The notes under the pieces were generated by a model. That model did not search any database. It was not told where the DNA came from and saw only the letters and a program-made list of their open reading frames with translations. Below, one piece after another: positions 9,755-20,445 of a DNA stretch of 64,000 nucleotides; position 1 is the stretch's first letter; each line of letters opens with the position of its first letter. A program made the position numbers and the translations under genes. The DNA comes from an uncultured Clostridium sp. (GTDB lineage: Bacteria; Bacillota; Clostridia; TANB77; CAG-508): NCBI GenBank assembly GCA_964369695.1, contig CAYJGL010000002.1, positions 35 to 64,034 on the forward strand, given 5' to 3'.

Positions 9755-10603
9755 TTATACAATTAATTTTGTTATTACTATTCTATCATTGTCATATAAA
9801 TCTTTTTTTGAATATGTTTGCACATATTTATCTTCATTATTAATCAAGTCTATAACATCTTCTTTTTGATCATACCCCATCTCTAAACACAAATACGACC
9901 CAGCTTTCATATATTCATAACTTTTAGATATTATCTTTCTATAGAAATCAAGTCCATCATATCCACCATCTAAAGCTATATTTGGTTCATTCTGCACTTG
10001 TTTATCTAATTTTTTGATTACATCTTTTTTAATATATGGTGGATTTGAAACAATTATATCATATTTTTCTTTTTTCAACTTAGAAAATAAGTCAGATTTT
10101 ACAAAAGTTATTTGATTTTCCACTTTATTTATTTTGGCATTTTTCTTTGCGACTTTTAGCGCTTCTTCACTTATGTCTACAACTGTTATTTCACTATTTT
10201 TTAAATATTTTGCAATTGATATACCGATAATACCACTACCTGTACATAAATCTAATATTTTTATAGCATTAATTCTTTTTCCTATATCTAATACTTCTTC
10301 AACTAATATTTCTGTATCTTGTCTTGGTATTAAAACATTTTCATTTACAAAAAAATTCATTTTCATAAACTCTTTAATATTAGTTATATATTCAATAGGT
10401 ATTCCTTTAATATGTATTTCAATAGCTTTAAAATATTTTTCTTCTTGTTCTATTGTTAAATCTTTATTGTCATAAACAATTAGATATTGTCTATCTTTTT
10501 TTAAAACATATTGCATTAATAATCGTGCTTTTATTTTACTGCTTTCTACATTATTGGTTTTTAACATTATTACTGCTTTATCTATGGCTTGTTTTATTTT
10601 CAT
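9755..10603 (-). CDS. prmC: peptide chain release factor N5-glutamine methyltransferase
   Basis: SAM-binding motif ILDLCTGSGIIGI and the NPPY motif (IVSNPPYI). The 282 aa length fits. Confidence 0.85.
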   Translation of the reverse strand: MKIKQAIDKAVIMLKTNNVESSKIKARLLMQYVLKKDRQYLIVYDNKDLTIEQEEKYFKAIEIHIKGIPIEYITNIKEFMKMNFFVNENVLIPRQDTEILVEEVLDIGKRINAIKILDLCTGSGIIGISIAKYLKNSEITVVDISEEALKVAKKNAKINKVENQITFVKSDLFSKLKKEKYDIIVSNPPYIKKDVIKKLDKQVQNEPNIALDGGYDGLDFYRKIISKSYEYMKAGSYLCLEMGYDQKEDVIDLINNEDKYVQTYSKKDLYDNDRIVITKLIV

Positions 10604-10691
10604 ATTACCACATCTTTCTTTTATATTTTCATATATATTATATTATATTTTTAATGTTTTTTAAATAAATTCTTTAAATTTGTTCAATATA

Positions 10692-10722
10692 TATACAAAT
10701 ATCCTACCAATAAAGGTAGGAT
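10692..10722 (-). terminator. rho-independent terminator after ftsH
   Basis: Perfect 8-bp stem atcctacc / ggtaggat (10701-10708 / 10715-10722), 8 nt after the ftsH stop. A U-rich tail follows on the minus strand. Confidence 0.5.
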
Positions 10723-10729
10723 TATTTAA

Positions 10730-12532
10730 TTATTCAAATATTCTTTTAAATTCTTGCTCGTTTATTTTTTCATTTTTTAATAGTTCATTTGCAATTATAT
10801 CTAATTTATCTCTGTACTGAACTAATAGTCTTTGAGCATCATTATATGCTATATCAATTAATTTTTTAACTTCTTTACCAATAGCATCATTTATATTTTC
10901 ACCAAATATTTGTAAATCGTGCGAATCTCTTACTTGCAAATCAATTGGTCCTAATGTATCGCTCATACCATATTTAGTAACCATATCTCTAGCAATACTT
11001 GTTGCAACTTCAATATCATTACTAGCACCAGTTGAAATATCATCTAAGACAAGCTTTTCAGCAGCTCTACCACCTAAAAGTGCTATTAATTTTTCTTGCA
11101 TTTCAGTTTTTGAAATATAGTATTTGTCTTCATCAGATTTGTACATAGTATATCCACCTGCAACACCTCTAGGTATTATAGAAACTTCTTTAACGTCTGT
11201 CTGTGTTTCTAAGTACTTACTAACAACAGCATGCCCTGCTTCATGATATGCTGTAAGCCTTCTGTCTTTTTCAGAAATTTCTCTACTTCTTTTTTCTAAA
11301 CCAACAGTAGTTTTTTTAACAGCTTCTTCTATATCGTCATTTTCAATACTTTCGTGGTCTTGTTTAGTTGCAATAATTGCTGCTTCATTTAAAATATTTG
11401 CAAGCTCTGCTCCAGTAAATCCTGCTGTATCTTCAGCAATACTTTCTAAATTAACATTTTCAGAAACTTCCTTATCTTTACTATGAATTTTAAGTATTTC
11501 TAATCTACCTTTTAAATCTGGTGTAGGTATTGTAATCTGCCTATCAAATCTTCCTGGTCTTAATAGTGCTTTATCTAACATTTCTGGTCTATTTGTAGCT
11601 GCTAATATTATTATTGTTTCTTCGGAGCTAAAACCATCCATTTCAACTAATAGCTGATTTAGTGTTTGATTATTTTCAGTTTCTGCTCCACTATTTGAAC
11701 TTCTTCTTGATCCTATTGCATCTATTTCATCTATAAATACTATACATGGAGATAATTTTCTAGCTTTTTCAAATAATCTTCTAACCCTTGATGCTCCTAA
11801 TCCAGCAAACATTTCAATAAACTCAGAACCACTCATTGATATAAATGGTACATTTGCTTCACCAGCAATAGCTTTTGCTATTAAGGTTTTACCTGTACCA
11901 GGTTTTCCATATAATAGAACTCCTTTAGGAATTTTAGCTCCCATTTTAGCAAATTTTTCTGGTTTTTTAAGAAAATCTACTATTTCTACTAATTCACCTT
12001 TTTCTTCATCTAATCCTGCTACATCTTCAAATTTTATTTTAGTTCTTCTTTCTGTATCATCGTATACTTTACCTTTTTCACCTAATCCTTGCATTTTAAA
12101 TATTAATATTAATAGTGCTAACATTATAAATGTTGGTAATAGACTAAATATTGTTGATGGTAGTTCTTGCCAAAAACTTCTTGGTTCTTGTATTAATTCT
12201 ATTTCATTACCTTCTGCTACTTTTGTTTGAATTAATGTTACAAAACTTTGAGTATCTGGAACTATCGCTGTTTTTTCTTCTTCTTGGTCTTTCATTTTTA
12301 CTTTAACAGTTGTACTTCCAACTTGCATTTCTACTTTTTCAACATTCCCATTTGATACTTCTTTTACTAAGTCCGTATATGCTAAAGTATTTTCATCTTC
12401 ATTACTATTTGTTGAAAAATATATGACTATTCCTATTGTTGCTGAGATAATTAATATAATTAATAATATTATACCAATCAATGAACCTTTATTTTTTTTG
12501 TTATTATCTTTTTCTTTTTTATCTTTTTTCAT
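10730..12532 (-). CDS. ftsH: ATP-dependent zinc metalloprotease FtsH
   Basis: AAA Walker A GKPGTGKTL, Walker B VFIDEIDA, the second region of homology, and the HEAGH zinc motif. Has N-terminal TMs. Confidence 0.95.
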   Translation of the reverse strand: MKKDKKEKDNNKKNKGSLIGIILLIILIISATIGIVIYFSTNSNEDENTLAYTDLVKEVSNGNVEKVEMQVGSTTVKVKMKDQEEEKTAIVPDTQSFVTLIQTKVAEGNEIELIQEPRSFWQELPSTIFSLLPTFIMLALLILIFKMQGLGEKGKVYDDTERRTKIKFEDVAGLDEEKGELVEIVDFLKKPEKFAKMGAKIPKGVLLYGKPGTGKTLIAKAIAGEANVPFISMSGSEFIEMFAGLGASRVRRLFEKARKLSPCIVFIDEIDAIGSRRSSNSGAETENNQTLNQLLVEMDGFSSEETIIILAATNRPEMLDKALLRPGRFDRQITIPTPDLKGRLEILKIHSKDKEVSENVNLESIAEDTAGFTGAELANILNEAAIIATKQDHESIENDDIEEAVKKTTVGLEKRSREISEKDRRLTAYHEAGHAVVSKYLETQTDVKEVSIIPRGVAGGYTMYKSDEDKYYISKTEMQEKLIALLGGRAAEKLVLDDISTGASNDIEVATSIARDMVTKYGMSDTLGPIDLQVRDSHDLQIFGENINDAIGKEVKKLIDIAYNDAQRLLVQYRDKLDIIANELLKNEKINEQEFKRIFE

Positions 12533-12557
12533 TATGCCTCCTAATATCTAATTATTT

Positions 12558-13628
12558 CTAAGCTTCATTTCCTTTTACTTCTTCTTTTAATTCATTATCT
12601 ACTTCTACTTCTTCTTCTTTTTTCTTCTCTTTATCTTTATCTTTTTCTTTATTTGTTTGTTCTTCTTTTTTATTTTCTTCCTGTGTTTCCATATCTTTTT
12701 TAACTTGCTCTTGTACTTCAATTATTTTCATTAATTCTATTTGTTTTTTTATAATGTCTGATTTTAACATAAATATTGCCGCTATTAAATAAATTGAAGC
12801 AACCGCTGTATACATTACTTGGAAATATTCTATATTAAAATCTACAAATATATTTATACCCACGTATATTGCATTTAGCAATATAGATAATGTTGTAGCA
12901 TATACTGACATATTAAATATTGCAATATATCTTATTTTTATTCTTGCTAATATTGTTGTAAAATATCCAACAATACTTAAGAAAAAGATATTTATTGTAT
13001 TTATTATTAGATATAGTATAAATGAGTATATACATAGAACTAAAAACATAGTTATATACATCCAAATAATTTGAGAACTATTTAAGTAGCTTAATATATC
13101 TTGTTTTGTAAATGTTTCAATTTCAAATGAACTAAATATATCTGTATATGTATATATTATCGGATCTTGCATAGTGGTATTATTAACCATAACTTTATCA
13201 TCTAATATTATTATTCCATTTGTATTATTGTTTTTTAAATCTTGAATGTATATATTTTCCTGATTTTCATCAATATCTTTTGTATCAATTATGGCTGTAC
13301 CTAATATTGAATTATCGTCATTCAAATATATTGGTTCTTCGCTTTTTATATCCATTTTACCATCACTGTATGATATATCTGGAAATTCATCTTCTAAATA
13401 AACTTTACCTTCATCTACAAATTTTACTATATCATATATTATACCTGATGAGAAAACTATTACTAATATAAAAACAAGTCCTGATAAATAGGTTAATGCT
13501 CTTTTTAATCCTTCTGCTACTATTAATGGGTATAATTCAATTTTGGTAATACTAATCCATATCTTTTTTAAAAAATTATTTTTGATAATTTTATCTTTTT
13601 CTACTTCTTTTGTGTTATTTTTTTCCAC
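12558..13628 (-). CDS. polytopic membrane protein, DUF1189-like
   Basis: The N-terminal FLKKIWISITK..YPLI...GLKRALTYL pattern and several TMs resemble the DUF1189 (MalA-like) family. The C-terminal tail is acidic and lysine-rich. Confidence 0.4.
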   Translation of the reverse strand: MEKNNTKEVEKDKIIKNNFLKKIWISITKIELYPLIVAEGLKRALTYLSGLVFILVIVFSSGIIYDIVKFVDEGKVYLEDEFPDISYSDGKMDIKSEEPIYLNDDNSILGTAIIDTKDIDENQENIYIQDLKNNNTNGIIILDDKVMVNNTTMQDPIIYTYTDIFSSFEIETFTKQDILSYLNSSQIIWMYITMFLVLCIYSFILYLIINTINIFFLSIVGYFTTILARIKIRYIAIFNMSVYATTLSILLNAIYVGINIFVDFNIEYFQVMYTAVASIYLIAAIFMLKSDIIKKQIELMKIIEVQEQVKKDMETQEENKKEEQTNKEKDKDKEKKKEEEVEVDNELKEEVKGNEA

Positions 13629-14740
13629 TATCTATACTCCCTTCTAATACTCGAATCAACAAATTTAGGGTGAATATTAATTTTTGCTATATCTCCTATT
13701 TTAATATCTTTCCCTGTTATATTGCATGTTAAATGATATGTGCCTATTTTCCCTAATATTCTGCATCTTTTTCCGTTTATTTCTATATACATATCGTTAT
13801 TTTTAAATATTCTTCTTACATCTTCCCATATATATCTTAATTTATCTACAAACCTAAACATATCCTTATCGTTTTTTACATTTAATCCATTCATGTAACC
13901 AACTGGTATTATAGCTATATCTGTTTCATTTTTTGTTTTATATATATTAGAATATCCTATATTAAATCCTTTGGGAAGTTTCTTAGTTTCTGTTACTCTT
14001 GATTCTAAGTGGCCTATTTTTTTTAGCCCCATTGTATTTATAAATGATAATCTGCCTAAAAAAGCTGAACCTATTCTAACTGCGTCCAAATGATATTCTT
14101 TTGATTTTAAAGCTGCTGATGAGTTACATATATGGAGCATTCCTGTACTTATATTATTTTGTTTTAAATATTCAATAACTTCCATAAATCTAATGTATTG
14201 CATTTTGGTATATTCATCATCATAAAAACTAATTGAAAAGTGTGAGTACGTTCCTATAATATTTATATTTTTAATTTTTTCTAATGCTACTTTCAATTTT
14301 TCTTTTTCTTGATATATAAATCCATATCTTCCAAAACCTGTGTCTATTTTAAGATGTGCATTAATCTTTTTGTTTAATTTATTACCGATATCTTCTACTA
14401 TCTCTATGTCTTCTTTTGAACTTATTGTTATTATTATATCATTCTTAATTAATTGCTCTATCTCTTCTTTAATTGCAGTTGCAGATAACATTAATATTTT
14501 TCCTTTAATATTATTTTTCCTTAACTCTATTGCTTCTTCTAATGTTGCTACTGCAAAATATGATATCCCATTTTCTATCAGTAATTTTACATATTGAATT
14601 AAGCCTAGTCCATAGCTATTTGCTTTTACTACTGCTATTATTTCAACTTTTTTATTGTTTTCATTATCTGAATTAACATATTTCTTAATTCTATCTATAT
14701 TGTGTTTTAAATCTTCTTCTATAACAACAAGTTCTGTCAT
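13628..14740 (-). CDS. alr: alanine racemase
   Basis: PLP-lysine motif AVVKANSYGLG. 370 aa. The stop overlaps the next start by 1 nt. Confidence 0.85.
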   Translation of the reverse strand: MTELVVIEEDLKHNIDRIKKYVNSDNENNKKVEIIAVVKANSYGLGLIQYVKLLIENGISYFAVATLEEAIELRKNNIKGKILMLSATAIKEEIEQLIKNDIIITISSKEDIEIVEDIGNKLNKKINAHLKIDTGFGRYGFIYQEKEKLKVALEKIKNINIIGTYSHFSISFYDDEYTKMQYIRFMEVIEYLKQNNISTGMLHICNSSAALKSKEYHLDAVRIGSAFLGRLSFINTMGLKKIGHLESRVTETKKLPKGFNIGYSNIYKTKNETDIAIIPVGYMNGLNVKNDKDMFRFVDKLRYIWEDVRRIFKNNDMYIEINGKRCRILGKIGTYHLTCNITGKDIKIGDIAKINIHPKFVDSSIRREYR

Positions 14741-14752
14741 TTTGCCTCCACA

Positions 14753-15811
14753 CTATTTATTTCTTATTTTTCTTTTCATTTGTCTTAATGTTCTAAAAGC
14801 TTTTTCAGAAAATTTATACATCCCATATCTAAATGGTTTAAACGGCAAATATATTTCACCTATAAACTCTGTAAAAGTTGCTCCAAAACCTTGTTTAAAT
14901 CTATATAATCCATATTGCGGATGTTTTTCGTCCACAACTCCTGATACACCTCTAAAGTCATATATATCATCTTTTCTCTTGATCGCCATTTTTATCATTT
15001 CCCATTGCAATAGGTAGTTTGGCATCAAATTTCTATGACTATTACTACTAGCCCCATATAAATACCATGTTTTATTTCCATAGAAAATTGGTATAACCCC
15101 TGATATTGGTTGTCCATCATGATATGCCATTAATAGTTTCATGTGTTCTTGTCCTAATTCATCATACATTTTTTCAAAATATGATAATGGTCTTATTATA
15201 AATCCATCTCTTTTTCCTGTTTCAATCATTATTTTATGAAAATCTTTTAAGTCTTCTCTTGTTCCTTCTTTGATTTCTACACCTTTTTTAGTAGCTACAC
15301 GTATATTATATCTCCATTTTTGCTTAAAACCTGCTAATATTTCTTCTTCTGTTTTATCTTTTATATCTAACCTAAATACAAATCTAGGTTGAATTTCATC
15401 TTTAAAATCTTTTGCGTCATCTTTTATTTTATACCCTAGTTCACTTACAACATCTCTAAAAACATTATCATCGTGATTAATATCTGGCTCAATTCTAAGT
15501 ACAATCGCTTTATATTTTTTTGCTAATTCTTTTGCTCCATCTGTTAATTGTTTCATTACATTTATATTATGGACATCACAAACTGGCCCCCTTGATGAAT
15601 ACATTATATTCCCAAATATAGGTATTTTTCTTATCCATACACATAAAGAACCTACTATTTTATTATTTTCTTCTGCTAAAATCACTTCTGCTTTCCAATT
15701 GTCTTTTTTTACATTTGCCCATTCTAATGATTGTTGAAAATTACATCTATTATGCTTTTCTAAAAACTCTTTATATTCTAATTTTGATTTTTCATCTGTT
15801 ACAAATCTCAT
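14753..15811 (-). CDS. FemAB-family peptidoglycan interpeptide-bridge aminoacyltransferase
   Basis: Typical FemX/MurM N-terminus (FLEKHNRCNFQQSLEWANVKK.NW) and the C-terminal YDFRG....GLYRFK.GFG motif. Confidence 0.8.
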   Translation of the reverse strand: MRFVTDEKSKLEYKEFLEKHNRCNFQQSLEWANVKKDNWKAEVILAEENNKIVGSLCVWIRKIPIFGNIMYSSRGPVCDVHNINVMKQLTDGAKELAKKYKAIVLRIEPDINHDDNVFRDVVSELGYKIKDDAKDFKDEIQPRFVFRLDIKDKTEEEILAGFKQKWRYNIRVATKKGVEIKEGTREDLKDFHKIMIETGKRDGFIIRPLSYFEKMYDELGQEHMKLLMAYHDGQPISGVIPIFYGNKTWYLYGASSNSHRNLMPNYLLQWEMIKMAIKRKDDIYDFRGVSGVVDEKHPQYGLYRFKQGFGATFTEFIGEIYLPFKPFRYGMYKFSEKAFRTLRQMKRKIRNK

Positions 15812-15918
15812 TTATTTTTGCCCCCAATTAATTATTTACAATTCTATCACATTTTACACTAAAACACTAAATATTACAAGGATTTTTATAAATTTCAGCT
15901 ACGTTTAAATGGTATTAC

Positions 15919-15954
15919 AAAAAAACAAGAGCTAAATTATATTTTTAACTCTTG
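15919..15954 (-). terminator. rho-independent terminator ending the glycolytic/DUF600 transcription unit
   Basis: Hairpin caagagc...aactcttg (15926..15954). On the minus strand it is followed by U7 (plus a7 at 15919-15925). Confidence 0.6.
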
Positions 15955-15990
15955 ATTTTTATTTATATAATATTACAAATATATTCTATC

Positions 15991-16674
15991 TTAGTTCATT
16001 TGTTTTTTAGACAATATCTCATTAACAATCTTATTTTCTTCTTGATGTTCTTCTTTAAAATTATTTTCTTTCTTTAAATCAACTTCATTTGTCGTATAAC
16101 CAATTATATTCTCAACATCATTTATATATGTGCCCATCTCAAACTTTTCTTTTCTTGCTATTGATTTTAAACCTGATATATATGATTGGAGAATTAATTT
16201 TTCTTCTTTATTTAATTGTTCTATTCCTATGCCTAAGTATTCATGCCTCCATATTACATGTCTTTGATAACTTGTTAAATAGTCTCTTTCTAAGTCTGTA
16301 TAATCATATTCTACTTTAAATTTAGAATTTTCAATTAAAATTGTTAAATTACTCCAAATCCCCTTTGGTTCACTTTTTTTGAATTCTTCTCTTAATTCCT
16401 TTACTTTATCATACAATATTTTTACAAGACTTAAATATTTACTTTCATCTAAATTAAATTTTGATGGTATTTCATATACATTTACCATCTTTTTTCTCAG
16501 AAAACCTTTAGGTAAATAATAGAAATATAGTTCACCAGTGTTGCCTTCTAGGTTTTCTTGATCTAATATTGAAGCATATAAATATAGTTTATCCCATTTT
16601 TCTGGTATCATATAATATATTTTTGTTTGAATATCTTGATATATACTTTGAATTTTTTTTGTATGTTTTAACAT
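15991..16674 (-). CDS. DUF600 / EsaG-YezG family immunity (antitoxin) protein
   Basis: Matches the staphylococcal DUF600 pattern remembered for EsaG/YezG along its whole length: IYQDIQTKIYYMIPEKWDKLYLYASI, ELYFYYLPKG, IPSKFNL, LYDKVKELREEF, WSNLTILIENSKFKVEYDYTDL. The start is 4 nt after the gpmI stop. Confidence 0.7.
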   Translation of the reverse strand: MLKHTKKIQSIYQDIQTKIYYMIPEKWDKLYLYASILDQENLEGNTGELYFYYLPKGFLRKKMVNVYEIPSKFNLDESKYLSLVKILYDKVKELREEFKKSEPKGIWSNLTILIENSKFKVEYDYTDLERDYLTSYQRHVIWRHEYLGIGIEQLNKEEKLILQSYISGLKSIARKEKFEMGTYINDVENIIGYTTNEVDLKKENNFKEEHQEENKIVNEILSKKQMN

Positions 16675-16678
16675 TTTT

Positions 16679-18238
16679 TTATTTCCTATCTAATAAACTT
16701 TCTCCTGTCATTTCTTCAGGTTTGTCTAAATTCATTAAATCAAGCATTGTTGGAGCTAAATCTGCTAATTTACCACCTTCTTTTAAGCATATCTTTTTAT
16801 CATCAGTTATTAATATAAGTGGTACTGGGTTTGTTGTGTGTGCTGTATATGGTTCTCCATTTACAGTGTCTACCATTATTTCAGCATTTCCATGATCTGC
16901 AGTTATTAAAATATTACCATCTTTTTGATTTACTAATTCTACTACTTTCCCAACACATTCATCAACTGTTTCTATAGCTTTTACTGCTGCTTCTAAATTG
17001 CCTGTGTGTCCTACCATATCAGGATTAGCATAATTTAATATTATACAGTCGTATTTTTCACTTTGAATAGCTTCTAATACTTTTTCTGTTACTTCATATG
17101 CACTCATTTCTGGTTTTAAATCATAAGTTTCAACTTTCGGAGATGGAACTAATATCCTATCTTCACCTTCATATTGTTTTTCTTCACCACCATTAAAGAA
17201 GAATGTAACATGTGCATATTTTTCAGTTTCTGCTATCCTAAGTTGAGATAATCCTTTTTGACTTATATATTCTCCAAAAGTATTTTGTAATTCTTGCTTT
17301 TCAAATGCTATTTGAACATTTGGTATTGTTTCATCATATTTTGTAAAACAAACAAAGTTTAATTCTAAATCTTTTTTTGTTTCAAATCCTGTAAAATTAG
17401 TATCTACTAAAGCTCGTGTTATTTCTCTAGCTCTATCTGGTCTAAAGTTAAAAAATATAACTGAGTCCTTTTTGTTTATTGTTATTAGTTTATCATCTGT
17501 AGTAGTTATTAGAGTAGGCTCTATAAATTCATCAAAAACATCTTTACAATATGAATCTTCTATTGCTTTTATTGCATTTCCTGATTTAACTCCTTCTCCT
17601 TTTACTATAGCATCATAGTACTTTTGAACTCTCTCCCATCTATTATCTCTATCCATAGCATAAAATCTACCTGAAACACTTGCTATTTTACCAACTTTTT
17701 TTTCATTTATTTTATCTTGTAAGTTTGATATATACATTTCGGCTGATGCTGGTGGTGTATCTCTACCATCTAATATACAATGAATATATACATTTTCAAA
17801 ATCTCTTCTTTTAGCTAATTCTAATATAGCATATAGATGTCTATCATGACTATGTACTCCACCATCTGATACTAACCCTAATATATGTAGATTTGTATTA
17901 TTTTTCTTACATTCTTCTATTGCCCAAATTAATTTTTCATTTGAAAAAAAATCTCCATCTTGTATTGATTTTGTTATTCTTGTTAATTCTTGATATACTA
18001 TTCTTCCTGCACCAATATTTGTATGTCCTACTTCGGAATTCCCCATTTGACCTTCTGGAAGCCCTACTTCCAATCCACTTGTATGTATTTTAGTTGTTTT
18101 GTATTTTTTCATTATGCTAGTTATATTAGGTATTTTTGCTAATTTGATTGCATTTCCTTCTTTATTTTCACTTATTCCATATCCGTCTAATATCATTAAC
18201 ATATTTAATTTTTTCTTCATTTCTACCTTCCTTTTCAA
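16679..18238 (-). CDS. gpmI: 2,3-bisphosphoglycerate-independent phosphoglycerate mutase
   Basis: ILDGYG, GNSEVGHTNIGAGR, SDGGVHSH and NYANPDMVGHTG motifs. 519 aa. Confidence 0.95.
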   Translation of the reverse strand: MKRKVEMKKKLNMLMILDGYGISENKEGNAIKLAKIPNITSIMKKYKTTKIHTSGLEVGLPEGQMGNSEVGHTNIGAGRIVYQELTRITKSIQDGDFFSNEKLIWAIEECKKNNTNLHILGLVSDGGVHSHDRHLYAILELAKRRDFENVYIHCILDGRDTPPASAEMYISNLQDKINEKKVGKIASVSGRFYAMDRDNRWERVQKYYDAIVKGEGVKSGNAIKAIEDSYCKDVFDEFIEPTLITTTDDKLITINKKDSVIFFNFRPDRAREITRALVDTNFTGFETKKDLELNFVCFTKYDETIPNVQIAFEKQELQNTFGEYISQKGLSQLRIAETEKYAHVTFFFNGGEEKQYEGEDRILVPSPKVETYDLKPEMSAYEVTEKVLEAIQSEKYDCIILNYANPDMVGHTGNLEAAVKAIETVDECVGKVVELVNQKDGNILITADHGNAEIMVDTVNGEPYTAHTTNPVPLILITDDKKICLKEGGKLADLAPTMLDLMNLDKPEEMTGESLLDRK

Positions 18239-18263
18239 GTAACTTGCTTATATAATTAATTTC

Positions 18264-19013
18264 TTATTTATAGTTTACTATTTTGCTAAATTCATCTACT
18301 TTTAAACTTGCTCCACCAACTAATCCACCATCTATATCTGACATTTCAAATAGTTCTTTGGCATTTGATGATTTAACACTTCCTCCATATAGTATAGAAA
18401 CTTTTTCTGATATTTCTTTTCCATATATTTTTGAAATTTCTTCTCTTATTGATTTTATTGAATTATTTGCATCTTCACTTGTAGCTGTTTTTCCTGTACC
18501 TATTGCCCAAATAGGCTCATACGCAACTATTGTAGATGCAACTTGCTCATTTGTCAACCCTTCTAGTCCTTTTTTTGTTTGGTTTGTTATTATTTCTTCT
18601 GTTTTTCCAGCTTCTCTTTCTTCTAAAGTTTCTCCAACACATAGTATTGGTTTTAATTCATTTTTATATGCTGACTTTATTTTTTTATTTACTGTTTCAT
18701 CTGTTTCATTATAGTATTGCCTTCTTTCTGAATGCCCTATTATTACATACTCTACATTTATTGACTTTAACATTGAACCTGATATTTCTCCAGTAAAAGC
18801 CCCTGTTTCTTCATAATGCATATTTTGCGCACCTACATTTATATTAGTTTCTTGTACTGTTAATAATGTATAAAATAGATCTGTGTATGGCACACATAAA
18901 ATAACTTCATTTTCACTATTTTTAACTAAAGGAGCTAACCCTTCTATATATGCTATTGCTTCATTTGGTAGCATATTCATTTTCCAATTTCCTGCTATTA
19001 TTTTTTTTCTCAT
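18264..19013 (-). CDS. tpiA: triose-phosphate isomerase
   Basis: AGNWKMN, IIGHSERR, AYEPIWAIGTG and YGGSV motifs. Confidence 0.95.
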   Translation of the reverse strand: MRKKIIAGNWKMNMLPNEAIAYIEGLAPLVKNSENEVILCVPYTDLFYTLLTVQETNINVGAQNMHYEETGAFTGEISGSMLKSINVEYVIIGHSERRQYYNETDETVNKKIKSAYKNELKPILCVGETLEEREAGKTEEIITNQTKKGLEGLTNEQVASTIVAYEPIWAIGTGKTATSEDANNSIKSIREEISKIYGKEISEKVSILYGGSVKSSNAKELFEMSDIDGGLVGGASLKVDEFSKIVNYK

Positions 19014-19068
19014 AAAAAATCCTCCTTATTTATTTATATATTCTATAAAGTTTGATTATATTCTATAA

Positions 19069-19103
19069 CAAAAAAGAATACTTTTCAAGCATTCTTTAAT
19101 TTA
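19069..19103 (-). terminator. hairpin + U-run between pgk and tpiA (second of two)
   Basis: The minus-strand RNA reads AAGAAUGC-UUGAAAA-GUAUUCUU followed by UUUUGU. It shares its stem sequence with 19151..19185 and 20446..20486. Confidence 0.45.
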
Positions 19104-19150
19104 TTGGCCGTATTTTTCAATTTATTTCAAATTCCAAACCAAATTTCTCT

Positions 19151-19185
19151 ATAAAAAAAGAATACTTTATTTAGTACTCTTTCAT
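19151..19185 (-). terminator. hairpin + U-run just after pgk stop
   Basis: The minus-strand RNA reads AAAGAGUACU-AAAU-AAAGUAUUCUUU followed by UUUUUUAU. Confidence 0.5.
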
Positions 19186-19209
19186 ATTCTTTATCTAATT
19201 ACTAATTTT

Positions 19210-20394
19210 TTATTTATTATTCAGACATTCAATCCCTGGTAGTTTTTTACCTTCTAAAAATTCTAAAGAAGCTCCACCACCTGTAGATATATGAGTCATT
19301 TTTTTCTCTAATCCTGCTATTTTAACTGCTGCTGCCGAATCTCCACCACCAATTATTGTTGTTGCATCTATTTCTGATAAAACTTTAGCTATAGCATTTG
19401 TCCCTATTGCAAATTGTGGAAATTCAAATAATCCAACTGGCCCATTCCAAATTACTGTTTTAGCGTTTTTAACTTCTTCTGAGAAAATTTTGATTGTTTC
19501 TTCTCCAATATCGAAACCTTCCCAATCACTAGGTATTTCTGTATATTTAACTGTCTTACTTTCAGTATTTACATCAAATTCTTTACCTACTCTTGTATCT
19601 ACTGGTAGCATAAATTTAACACCTTTTCTCTTTGCTTTTTCCATTAAATCTCTTGCTAACTCTAATTTATCTATTTCGCATATCGAATTACCAACTTCAT
19701 ATCCTTGGGCTTTGAAAAAAGTATATGCCATTCCACCACCAATTATCAATGTGTCAACTTTTTCTAATAAACTATCTATTACCCCTATTTTATCAGATAC
19801 TTTAGCTCCACCTAGTATTGCTACAAATGGTCTTTCTGGATTTTCTAGTGTTTTTCCTAAGAAATTTAATTCCTTTTCAATTAAAAAACCTGCTACTGCT
19901 GGTATAAATTTAGCAATACCTGCTGTTGAACTATGAGCTCTATGGGCTGCACCAAAAGCATCATTAACATATATATCCGCCATATTTGCTAATTCTTTTG
20001 CAAATACTTCATCATTATCTGTTTCTTCCCTATGAAATCTAACATTTTCAAGTAATAGTATTTCTCCTTGTTTTAAATTTTTAGCTTTTGTTTTTGCGTC
20101 TTCCCCTATAACATCACTTGCCATTATTATTTCTTTTTCTAATAATTTTGCCAGTTCTTTAGCCACTGGTTTTAGCGAATATTCTTCTTTAAATTCACCT
20201 TTAGGTCTTCCTAAATGCGATGCTAATATAATTGCACAATTATTTTCCAATAAATATTTTATTGTAGGCATAGCTCCTAATATTCTAGCATTGTCTGTGA
20301 TATTTTTATCTTCATCCATTGGTACATTAAAATCACATCTCACAAATACTTTTTTTCCTTTTAAATCTATATCTTTAATAGTTTTCTTATTCAT
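19210..20394 (-). CDS. pgk: phosphoglycerate kinase
   Basis: [19 protein letters not shown] and GGGDSA motifs. The ORF extends to 20412, but only the ATG at 20394 has an AAAGGAA Shine-Dalgarno sequence at correct spacing. Confidence 0.95.
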   Translation of the reverse strand: MNKKTIKDIDLKGKKVFVRCDFNVPMDEDKNITDNARILGAMPTIKYLLENNCAIILASHLGRPKGEFKEEYSLKPVAKELAKLLEKEIIMASDVIGEDAKTKAKNLKQGEILLLENVRFHREETDNDEVFAKELANMADIYVNDAFGAAHRAHSSTAGIAKFIPAVAGFLIEKELNFLGKTLENPERPFVAILGGAKVSDKIGVIDSLLEKVDTLIIGGGMAYTFFKAQGYEVGNSICEIDKLELARDLMEKAKRKGVKFMLPVDTRVGKEFDVNTESKTVKYTEIPSDWEGFDIGEETIKIFSEEVKNAKTVIWNGPVGLFEFPQFAIGTNAIAKVLSEIDATTIIGGGDSAAAVKIAGLEKKMTHISTGGGASLEFLEGKKLPGIECLNNK

Positions 20395-20445
20395 AAATTC
20401 AATTCCTTTCATTTTTTATTTTGTTTTTATTAATTAGAATTAATA

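Noticed and set aside
19014-19068. A dedicated tpiA promoter (TATAAT and TAGAAT hexamers on the minus strand).
   Set aside because: No acceptable -35 element lies at 16-18 nt spacing. The nearest candidates are TTGAAA at 22 nt and TTGTTA at 20 nt.
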